This document shows, one piece after another, positions 37,113-44,970 of a stretch of DNA of 64,000 nucleotides; the first letter of the stretch is position 1; each line of letters starts with the position of its first letter. Source of the DNA: Chitinophaga pinensis (lineage in GTDB: Bacteria; Bacteroidota; Bacteroidia; Chitinophagales; Chitinophagaceae). The notes under the pieces are model-generated. The model was given only the letters and a program-made list of their open reading frames with translations, searched no databases and was not told the DNA's origin. Position numbers and translations under genes: made by a program. The stretch spans positions 157,858-221,857 of the forward strand of contig CALRVV010000004.1 of NCBI GenBank assembly GCA_943371705.1, written 5' to 3'.

Positions 37113-38315
37113 TTAGTTCACAAACTGACCGTTTTTTTTATTTTTTTCCTGGTTATTTTTCAGAACCAGGTATTCGAGCCAAAGGGCTTTATTGTAAGCG
37201 GTACAGTAAAAATAATAATTAAGGTAATTAAAGTGAAGCAAAACCTGTTTCAGTGGCGTTGGTTGTGCAAATGCGGCCCTGGCCTGAAAAAAAACAAACG
37301 ACTCCTGGCCGGTTTTTTCAAATGCGGCGATGGATTCGATATTGATATGAGGAACCCTGACCCCCAGCCTGATCAATGCTGTTCGAAGAATAATGCGGTC
37401 CATGATATGGGTTGCTTTGTCAAGTACACGGGTAGCATCTGTTATTAACTGTTGTTGATACACCTGCAGTTCCGGAATAGGAAATGCAGCCATCAGCCGG
37501 GTAACATGATAAATAAGTACAGCAGGTTTTACATAAAAGGGAGAAATATAAACCGGCTTTTTCATGTAATCCCTGTTTTTAAGCATTTGGGCCAGCAGCA
37601 AAATGGTGGCACTGTCTTGTTCAACCAGTGGCAGTTTTTTTTCAAAATTGAAGTACAGCAGATTGCAATGCACTGCAAAATCAAAATCGGGGTGCATTTT
37701 TTCGCCCAGGTAAGTGCTGTATGCAGGGATATCGCGGTATTTTTTTAAGGTGGCATTGATCCTTTTCTTTTTAAGGTTGCTTACCTGGATCATTCTTTCT
37801 TTCAAGGCCCTGTTGTCAGATTCATTGTTGTCTGAAGCCATCAGTATCATTACGCTGTCGTCTGCATCATCGCCCTGCGACAACATGCCGGTGAAGCGGT
37901 TAATGAACAATGAATGGGGCAGGATAGGGGCATTGGCCGGCCAGAAATTGTAATAGGGTTTGCCATTTAAGTTTCTGTATTTGGGATAAGCCAGGGCTGC
38001 ATCCTTACTGATCCTAATTGCGTTTGCTTTATCCTTTTCGTTCAGGTAAAGGGTAAGTTTATTTACCGTAAATGCTGTTATGGCTGTATAAAAAATATTA
38101 TTATCAGGCTGGTAATTGTACGGAAATCCGGCACATTTCCGGTAAGATGGAAAAGTGCCTTTGTAAAATTCGCCATCCTGCTTAACCTGCATGGCCTCAA
38201 TATCTGCAAGCAGGTTGCTTATCAATGCAGCATCGGTTTGGGCAAATACAAAACGGCCGTTAAAAAATAAAACAAAAAATATCAGGACCAGTCTTCTCAT
38301 AAAAGCTTTTTTCAT
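37113..38315 (-). CDS. Hypothetical exported protein with class II terpene cyclase-like DxDD motif
   Basis: ATGA overlap with upstream gene at 38312-38315; signal-like N-terminus ...FVFAQ; DDADDS, DFAVHCNLLYF, SPFY..P...YH..RL. Function inferred. Confidence 0.6.
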   Translation of the reverse strand: MKKAFMRRLVLIFFVLFFNGRFVFAQTDAALISNLLADIEAMQVKQDGEFYKGTFPSYRKCAGFPYNYQPDNNIFYTAITAFTVNKLTLYLNEKDKANAIRISKDAALAYPKYRNLNGKPYYNFWPANAPILPHSLFINRFTGMLSQGDDADDSVMILMASDNNESDNRALKERMIQVSNLKKKRINATLKKYRDIPAYSTYLGEKMHPDFDFAVHCNLLYFNFEKKLPLVEQDSATILLLAQMLKNRDYMKKPVYISPFYVKPAVLIYHVTRLMAAFPIPELQVYQQQLITDATRVLDKATHIMDRIILRTALIRLGVRVPHINIESIAAFEKTGQESFVFFQARAAFAQPTPLKQVLLHFNYLNYYFYCTAYNKALWLEYLVLKNNQEKNKKNGQFVN

Positions 38316-39298
38316 CCGGGTAATTTGTATGCATAGTAAAGCCACTTCAAAAAGTTAAGGGGTTTTTCCATATCCACGATCATCTCTTTTCTTTGCAATG
38401 GCCACCAGTTTATTTTTTTGCCTGCTTTTTTTTGTCTGCGTACAAACTGATCCAGCGCAACCACAGATCTTGCGTTGATGGTGTTCATCACAAAACAAAA
38501 TTCCTTTTTATTTTTTTCGGCATAGGGCAATGCCATGATCTTTTGATTTTGCAACTGAACCCTTTCTAAAAATGATCTGCGCAAGGCTGCATAATCAGCG
38601 CAGGTGTTCACCAGGGTGTATATATTGTCCCTTACATCTTTATACAGGTCAAAAATATCATTGCCCAGCTGGTATAAACTGCCAATTAAAAACAATACTT
38701 CTTTCATCTGTTCATCAGCTTCATCATCCAGGCATTGGTGATAAATAATAACCGAAACGGCGCCCTTCGTATAGGTGATGTGTTCCAGTTCGGGAACAGA
38801 TATGGCGGGGTTTGTTTGCCGGGCTGTTTCGATCTGTATGTTCAGCACATTTGTTGCGGCCAGCAGGTAGGCTTCTTTATGCGGAACATCGGCCAGTAAA
38901 AAACCCTGGATCTCTTTGGCCACTTTAGCCGAAAAGGTGGTTGCAGTAAAGTTTTCGGGGTCGTACGTGATGGCCCTGATGCTTTCAATGTTCAGCTTGT
39001 CTTCATCAAACAGGTCATCGCCCACCGGGGTTAAAATACCAAAAAGGGTGCATCTTTTCCTTTCGGCACCGGTAAGGGGCCTTCCCAGTAACCGGGTAAA
39101 GCTGCTGCATAAAAAAGAAGTGATGAAGAGGCCGTAATAATCCAGTATCTTTTTTCTCTGTTCATCCCTGAATTTTCCGCCGTATTTTTTTTCAAGGCCG
39201 TGCAGGTAAGGAACCAAAAAGGTTTTATTGTATTGCTTTTGTTTTTTTATTTCTTTATAAACGCTGCGGGATATGTTTATATACCTGAATAGCCTCAT
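38312..39298 (-). CDS. Class I isoprenoid synthase-fold protein
   Basis: GDDLFDE (DDxxD), TKG, YQLGNDIFDLYKD second metal-binding motif; all-helical character. Confidence 0.75.
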   Translation of the reverse strand: MRLFRYINISRSVYKEIKKQKQYNKTFLVPYLHGLEKKYGGKFRDEQRKKILDYYGLFITSFLCSSFTRLLGRPLTGAERKRCTLFGILTPVGDDLFDEDKLNIESIRAITYDPENFTATTFSAKVAKEIQGFLLADVPHKEAYLLAATNVLNIQIETARQTNPAISVPELEHITYTKGAVSVIIYHQCLDDEADEQMKEVLFLIGSLYQLGNDIFDLYKDVRDNIYTLVNTCADYAALRRSFLERVQLQNQKIMALPYAEKNKKEFCFVMNTINARSVVALDQFVRRQKKAGKKINWWPLQRKEMIVDMEKPLNFLKWLYYAYKLPG

Positions 39299-39372
39299 GG
39301 TTGCCTGTTTCCTGAATTTTAAATATGCCCGGATAACCGTTTTGTAATGGTACGGAGTTGCAACGGTATTGG

Positions 39373-39807
39373 TCAGCCGCCATCAACCTTGTTCACATTA
39401 AGCTGCGACTGTTTTGCATTCACTTCATTTTTTTTTGCTTTATCAATGAACAGCATTTTTATTGCAATGATGATCATCACTATGGCAAATACTTTTTTTA
39501 AGGTTTCCTGTGAAATGGATAAAGCCATCTTACTGCCAAAAAAACTGCCTGCTAAAAAGCCAATGGCCAGCAGTCCCACAATTCTGAAATCAACATGGCC
39601 CTGCTTATAATATTGCATTACCCCTAAAATGCCAACAGGCAGCATGATCATGGCAAGGGATGTGCCCTGTGCCGTTTTTTGGCTGAAGCCGATAAAATAC
39701 ACCAATGCCGGTACTATGATGATGCCGCCACCCACGCCTACAAGGCCGCTGAGCATGCCGGCAGCAATTCCCACCATGATGATGATGAGTACAGTTTGTA
39801 TTTCCAT
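39373..39807 (-). CDS. TauE/SafE (TSUP) family small membrane protein
   Basis: AGMLSGLVGVGGGIIIVPAL, AQGTSLA; start at MEIQTV. Confidence 0.88.
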   Translation of the reverse strand: MEIQTVLIIIMVGIAAGMLSGLVGVGGGIIIVPALVYFIGFSQKTAQGTSLAMIMLPVGILGVMQYYKQGHVDFRIVGLLAIGFLAGSFFGSKMALSISQETLKKVFAIVMIIIAIKMLFIDKAKKNEVNAKQSQLNVNKVDGG

Positions 39808-39824
39808 TTTTTTGGTTTTAATGG

Positions 39825-40364
39825 TCATTTGGGAAAACTTGTTTTGTATAAAGCAATGGCTTCATCAATGATATTAAAAGCAGCTTCCGCATTTTGAAAT
39901 TCATCTATCTCTACAATTTTATTCTCCAGTACCTTATACTGCTCAAAATAATTGCGTAATACGGCAATAAAATGTTTGGGCAGTTCATCCATGGAATTTA
40001 TATAATTCACTTCGGGGTCATGCGATGCCACCGCAATTATTTTATCATCGGCCATACCGCTGTCGATCATCTGCATATTGCCGATCACGTTGGCCTCTAC
40101 GAGGCATAAAGGCTCAATGCTTTCGCTGCATATCACCAGTATATCCAACGGGTCGCCATCATGTCCCAGTGTTTGCGGAATGAAACCGTAATTGACCGGG
40201 TAATGAAAGGAAGAATAAATGATGCGGTCTAATTTCAATAACCCGGTTTTTTTATCAACCTCGTACTTCGTACGTGAACCTTTGGGTATTTCAATGAGGC
40301 CGTTAACTACCTGGGGGGCTTTATCGCCGAAGTGGGCACCATGCCAGGGATGAAGTGTGTGCAT
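39825..40364 (-). CDS. ppa: Inorganic pyrophosphatase (family I)
   Basis: EIPKGSRTKYE, YPVNYGFIPQT, DGDPLD, DDKIIAV. Confidence 0.95.
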   Translation of the reverse strand: MHTLHPWHGAHFGDKAPQVVNGLIEIPKGSRTKYEVDKKTGLLKLDRIIYSSFHYPVNYGFIPQTLGHDGDPLDILVICSESIEPLCLVEANVIGNMQMIDSGMADDKIIAVASHDPEVNYINSMDELPKHFIAVLRNYFEQYKVLENKIVEIDEFQNAEAAFNIIDEAIALYKTSFPK

Positions 40365-40424
40365 GTTTTATGGTTTAGTAGTTTGGGGTTTAGATGTTTA
40401 GGGTTTAAAATTAACGCTTCAAAT

Positions 40425-40452
40425 CTCACGACTCACCATTCACCACTCACGA
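40425..40452. repeat. Heptamer tandem array, 4x YTCACSA
   Basis: CTCACGA CTCACCA TTCACCA CTCACGA; the last unit contains the crcB TGA. Confidence 0.75.
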
Positions 40453-40818
40453 ACTTTTTATTATCAATTGGTATCCCGCAAACGTTGCTGCAATACCCAA
40501 TACCACAGTTAAAATGATATACAAAAAAGCCATGCCTGTTTTACCGCTCTGCAACATGCCAAGATTCTCGAGCGAAAAAGCAGAGAAAGTGGTAAACCCG
40601 CCACAGATACCTGTTGCCAGGAACAGTTTCCAGTTGTCGTTGAGGCCATTTTCCTTTATACTGAAGGCAAGAACCAGCCCTATGATAAAACTGCCGGATA
40701 TATTTATTGCCAGGGTAGCGTAAGGAAAATAACGTGAATGAATGGCCAGAGATACTGCATACCTGAATACAGAGCCAAGGCCGCCTCCCAAACCAACCAG
40801 TATTAAATTTTTAATCAT
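40447..40818 (-). CDS. crcB: Fluoride efflux channel Fluc
   Basis: GGGLGSVFRY, TLAINISGSF, GICGGFTTFSAF. Confidence 0.95.
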   Translation of the reverse strand: MIKNLILVGLGGGLGSVFRYAVSLAIHSRYFPYATLAINISGSFIIGLVLAFSIKENGLNDNWKLFLATGICGGFTTFSAFSLENLGMLQSGKTGMAFLYIILTVVLGIAATFAGYQLIIKSS

Positions 40819-40825
40819 TTGCTGT

Positions 40826-41236
40826 TTATAGATTTCCCGAGAAAGTGTATTTCAGATCTACCAGCCATTGGTTATTGATCCTTACCAGTTTTAATACGGT
40901 TTTATCTTTCAGACTGTAACTGTTGCTGTAATTAAAAATAAAAATACTGTCGGTCACATAACTGGTTTCATTAACCTTTATATAGGCCTTCTTATATTCC
41001 TGTAATGTAGCTTTATCCTTATGGCTGTACTGATCTTTAAAGCGTTCAAATATCTGGGTATTGGTTTCATCTTTTAACAGGTATTGTTCAGCCTCTTTAA
41101 AATCATTATCCAGCAAGCCGCGTACAAAGGCATTGGCAACTTCAAGGTCAGTTACTGCCGGTTTTTTCTTATCTGAAGTATTGCATGCGAAGATCAATGC
41201 TGCGAGTATTGCAGAAACCAGGTATTTTTTAATCAT
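40826..41236 (-). CDS. DUF4878-like lipoprotein
   Basis: Lipobox IFAC; VANAFVRGL..NDFKEA; LKLVRINNQWLV; start at MIKKYL. Confidence 0.7.
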   Translation of the reverse strand: MIKKYLVSAILAALIFACNTSDKKKPAVTDLEVANAFVRGLLDNDFKEAEQYLLKDETNTQIFERFKDQYSHKDKATLQEYKKAYIKVNETSYVTDSIFIFNYSNSYSLKDKTVLKLVRINNQWLVDLKYTFSGNL

Positions 41237-41264
41237 AGCTAAAGTTAAACATCTTTTAATAAAC

Positions 41265-41298
41265 AAAAAAGCATCCCGGTTTTTCCGGGATGCTTTTT
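41265..41298. terminator. Terminator
   Basis: AAAAAAGCATCCCGG-ttttt-CCGGGATGCTTTTT. Confidence 0.8.
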
Positions 41299-41314
41299 AA
41301 AATAAAATAAAGGT

Positions 41315-41872
41315 TTATTTTTTTTCCATTGCTTTTTTAAGCGAATCCATTGCCTGTATTCCTTTGTCCATCATCATTTTCAGCGAGTCGGCGCTCATAT
41401 TTTTGAATTTTTCCATTTCTTCTTTCATATTACCCATCTGCTCATCATTCATTTCCTCCTTCATTTTTTCAGCACCCATGTTCATCATGGTACCCATATC
41501 CATGGCAACTTTCCAAGAGCCGCCTTCTTTTTTCAGTACAAAATTGATCGACTCGCCGGTTTTGATCTCTTTCACACTTACGGTTGCTTTGTCTCCCTCA
41601 ATTTTGGCTTCTCCCATCTCCATCTTGGTTTTGTCAAACTGTTCACTGGTTTTGTCTTCCATGGTATTGTCCTGCATTTTCATTCCCATTTCCATCAGGT
41701 CAAGCATTGATTTACTTTCGGCTGTGGCCAGCTTACGGGCGGCTGCAATATCTTTTTTGGCCATGGCATCAAAAAAACTGGTTAGTACAGCTTTGGGATC
41801 GCCGGCTCCGCTGTTGCAGCTGCCGAGGTAAAGGGTAGAAACTGCCAATAGAAGGGCTAATAATTTTTTCAT
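41315..41872 (-). CDS. DUF4878 lipoprotein
   Basis: Lipobox LGSC; PKAVLTSFFDAM; KIEGDKATV; LKKEGGSWKV. Confidence 0.8.
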   Translation of the reverse strand: MKKLLALLLAVSTLYLGSCNSGAGDPKAVLTSFFDAMAKKDIAAARKLATAESKSMLDLMEMGMKMQDNTMEDKTSEQFDKTKMEMGEAKIEGDKATVSVKEIKTGESINFVLKKEGGSWKVAMDMGTMMNMGAEKMKEEMNDEQMGNMKEEMEKFKNMSADSLKMMMDKGIQAMDSLKKAMEKK

Positions 41873-41943
41873 AAACTATTTTTTTTAAGGTGAATACCAT
41901 GCCAGATGACCGGGCAGGTTGATTATAAAATTAAATGTATTTT

Positions 41944-42540
41944 TCAGTTTTCAGTATTTTTTTTCTTTTGCATCGAGTCCAGTGCCTGTACCCCTTTCCG
42001 GATCAGCATTTTAAGGGTGTCGGGATCTATTTTCTGCAGTTTTTCAAGCCCGTCCTTTAAATCTCCTTTACGGGCACCCATATTTCCCTTCATGCTGTTG
42101 AACATTTGATTTCCGGGTTTGGAGAGGGCTATTTTCCAGGCGTTGTCTTCTTTTACCAGTTCAAATTTTTGCTTGCTCATCTTTTCCCCGTTTTGGGCGG
42201 CCGTATCCTTTATGGTGATCTCGGCTTCTACGGTGGCGTGGTCGCCATCGATGGTTTCGTTTTTTATATCAAACTCAATATGTTTCGCATTTTCTTTTAA
42301 TTCCTCGGTGAGCCTGGTCTTTATTTTATTTATGCCTTCGGGGTCAATGCCTGCCATGAATTTTTCTGCAGCTTCCAGCATGGCCACATCCGATTTGGTC
42401 ACGAATTTTTTCATTTCTTCAATATTGCCCTTCTTCATGGCAGTAAACATATCTTCCAGTACAACAGCAGGCGGATTGGCCGGTTGTTTGCAGGCAGCAA
42501 GGCAAAAGAGTACACATAAAGCGGCAATTGATCTTTTCAT
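41944..42540 (-). CDS. DUF4878 lipoprotein, paralog
   Basis: Lipobox LAAC; ETIDGDHATV; LVKEDNAWKI; C-terminus similar to the 41315 gene (DKGIQAMDSL / RKGVQALDSM). Confidence 0.8.
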   Translation of the reverse strand: MKRSIAALCVLFCLAACKQPANPPAVVLEDMFTAMKKGNIEEMKKFVTKSDVAMLEAAEKFMAGIDPEGINKIKTRLTEELKENAKHIEFDIKNETIDGDHATVEAEITIKDTAAQNGEKMSKQKFELVKEDNAWKIALSKPGNQMFNSMKGNMGARKGDLKDGLEKLQKIDPDTLKMLIRKGVQALDSMQKKKNTEN

Positions 42541-42616
42541 ATCATGGTATTTTACCGGTAAAAATAATTTTATTTATCTGCAACCGGTTATTTTTTACCT
42601 GTTTTGTTACAGCCGG

Positions 42617-42724
42617 TAATACCATCTTGATTTATGAAATAGTCCAACGGACTATGAGGAAATCTTAGATGATATTATGCCGATAGAAAATTGATTGGAC
42701 TATTTATTATGCTACATCGGTATA
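42617..42724. repeat. 108-bp double-hairpin dispersed element, copy B (inverted)
   Basis: Reverse complement aligns end to end with copy A, same length. Confidence 0.85.
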
Positions 42725-42731
42725 GCACCAT

Positions 42732-42758
42732 AAAAAAGAGGCAGTTGTAAACTGCCTC
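42732..42758 (-). terminator. phoH terminator
   Basis: Minus strand GAGGCAGT-ttaca-ACTGCCTC then TTTTTT. Confidence 0.8.
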
Positions 42759-42785
42759 CGGTATATAGATACAAGGTTAGCGTAC

Positions 42786-43802
42786 TTAAGGTTGTGGTGT
42801 TCTTTTGGATTCGCCGGTTTTATGGTCTATTGATTTTGCCTCGGTGGCTTTTACATCATCTTTATTGTATGCTTTGATGATCTGTTTAACCAAACGGTGC
42901 CTCACCACATCTTCTTCATTCAGTTCAATATGCGATATGCCTTCAATATTTTTTAAAATACGGGCAGCTTTAAACAAACCGCTTTGCTGGTTTTTGGGCA
43001 GGTCGATCTGTGTAGGATCGCCGGTAATGATGGCTTTTGCATTGGGGCCTATACGGGTCAGGAACATTTTTATCTGCAGGTCGTTTGTATTCTGAGCCTC
43101 ATCCAGTATGATGAATGCATTGTCGAGTGTACGGCCACGCATGTAAGCCAATGGTGCTATTTCAATGGTACGGGTACTCATATAATAGCCCAGTTTATCG
43201 GCTGGTATCATATCATCCAGTGCATCATATAAGGGGCGCAGGTAGGGGTCAATTTTTTCTTTCAGGTCGCCGGGCAAAAATCCCAGGCTTTCACCGGCCT
43301 CTACCGCCGGCCTGGTTAAAATTATTTTTTTAACCGATTTGTTTTTTAATGCCCTTACTGCCAAAGCCACGGCAGTATAGGTCTTTCCGGTACCTGCGGG
43401 GCCAATGGCGAAAAGGATGTCATTTTTATCGCAGGCTTCCACCATTTTTTTCTGGTTGGCCGTACGGGCCCTTACTGTTTTTCCATTGGGCCCGAATACC
43501 AACACATCATTGGGGTTCCGGTCTATAAAATTATCAACCACCCGTTCATCATCACCACCAAGGATCTGTTCAAAATAATTGGCACTCATGTGGCCGTTTC
43601 GTTCAAGATAACTGAGAATAAGATCGATCTTTTCCCTGGCGCCTTCAATTTGTTCGGGGGCTCCGCTTAATTTTATCTGCGTGCCGCGACTAAGGATTTT
43701 TAAAAGGGGAAATTTCTTTTTGAGGATGTCTAACTTACCGTTGTTTACGCCAAAAAATTCGATAGGGTTTACGGTTTCGAGATTAATGATCGTTTCTGTC
43801 AA
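42786..43802 (-). CDS. phoH: PhoH family protein
   Basis: [48 protein letters not shown]. Confidence 0.93.
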   Translation of the reverse strand: MTETIINLETVNPIEFFGVNNGKLDILKKKFPLLKILSRGTQIKLSGAPEQIEGAREKIDLILSYLERNGHMSANYFEQILGGDDERVVDNFIDRNPNDVLVFGPNGKTVRARTANQKKMVEACDKNDILFAIGPAGTGKTYTAVALAVRALKNKSVKKIILTRPAVEAGESLGFLPGDLKEKIDPYLRPLYDALDDMIPADKLGYYMSTRTIEIAPLAYMRGRTLDNAFIILDEAQNTNDLQIKMFLTRIGPNAKAIITGDPTQIDLPKNQQSGLFKAARILKNIEGISHIELNEEDVVRHRLVKQIIKAYNKDDVKATEAKSIDHKTGESKRTPQP

Positions 43803-44536
43803 TGGATTTTAGTTTTTGCCACTGTTTCTGTAGGCTGTATTACCAGGGTATACATAGCAGCGGTTAGTGATCAATAAAAATTCAATTGCGTACTAACTTG
43901 TCTCTTTTTCAAATGTAACGAAATGAATTTAAAAGAATGTACATATACTTATCAACAATGTGTTAATTAATGCATTTTTAAAATAAAAAATAAATGGCAA
44001 AGGGGTATTTCAAAGTGGTTAAGATCACCTCATCCATTTTTGCGTTGTTTTAATTTCCGGCGTAAATAAATTGGCATATCCATGAAGGGAGCAACCGGTC
44101 CTAAACGTTTTTTATTTTCATGTTTATCGCGGGCGAATGAGTTACATAAAGCCTTTGATGAATAATGGATGGTTTAATCTTTACAACAAATATCAGTAAA
44201 CTGCCGATCCGCTGCTTTTAAAAACAGATGAATGTTAACCGTGTTTACCAGGCAGGGGCCATTAAAAAGTACAACCCCTTAATTCGCCGGCATACCTTAC
44301 CTGCTGTAAAATATTTGCCATGGCTCTGTTTTAATAATTTGAATTAAACATCCCGGGCATTTAATAAAGCCTGTAAACCATTCCTGTTAAATGACATATC
44401 CCTTCGCCGTCTCTGTTAAAATGATAAGTCTTATTATGCAGTATGACCAATATCAGGATTTCTTTTCGGGCAGTTATTACCTTTATCCGGTAATAATACA
44501 GTTACGCGATCAATTAAAAATCTAAAAAATATCACC

Positions 44537-44893
44537 ATGTATACAGAAACACAACACCGCGAACTCCTGGATGAATGTGCTCAATGGCTCAACCAGCTGG
44601 TATCTTACCGTGAGAAGCTGAACCAGCTTAAAAACGAGTTATATTATTTTGCACCCGGCAAAACCGAATCCAGTGTTTTATTGGGTATCGAACATTTTCA
44701 CAACCAGTTTCATATTCAGCTTATCAATATTCACGACCTGAAGCATGAGATCAGGTATCATGTGAATGAAGCAGAAAAGCATCCCACTTTCGGGCACCGG
44801 ATACCTCATCATTATATCAAGGAAAAGCTGGACATGCTGCTGGCCGACCTGGACAAACTCGAAAATGAGTTTCACGCTTTTATAAAACAATAA
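44537..44893 (+). CDS. Hypothetical coiled-coil protein
   Basis: 118-aa ORF with AT-rich leader and downstream hairpin; IEHFHNQFHIQ motif. Confidence 0.75.
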   Translation: MYTETQHRELLDECAQWLNQLVSYREKLNQLKNELYYFAPGKTESSVLLGIEHFHNQFHIQLINIHDLKHEIRYHVNEAEKHPTFGHRIPHHYIKEKLDMLLADLDKLENEFHAFIKQ

Positions 44894-44906
44894 TATGCAA
44901 TGCCGC

Positions 44907-44935
44907 CAGCCAGCCTGTAAAAAGCTGGCTGTTTG
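44907..44935 (+). terminator. Probable terminator
   Basis: CAGCCAGC-loop-GCTGGCTG then TTTG. Confidence 0.6.
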
Positions 44936-44970
44936 TTTATTGCACCATCACGTTCATTAAATTTTTTATT

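Noticed and set aside
40818-41320. Fluoride riboswitch upstream of crcB
   Set aside because: crcB starts 7 nt after the preceding gene and no GGCGATGG/GGAGATGG-type aptamer was found.
44070-44110. SAM-I riboswitch-like words ATGAA and GCAACC
   Set aside because: P1, P2 and P4 are absent and GCAACC-GGTCCT leaves no loop for P3.
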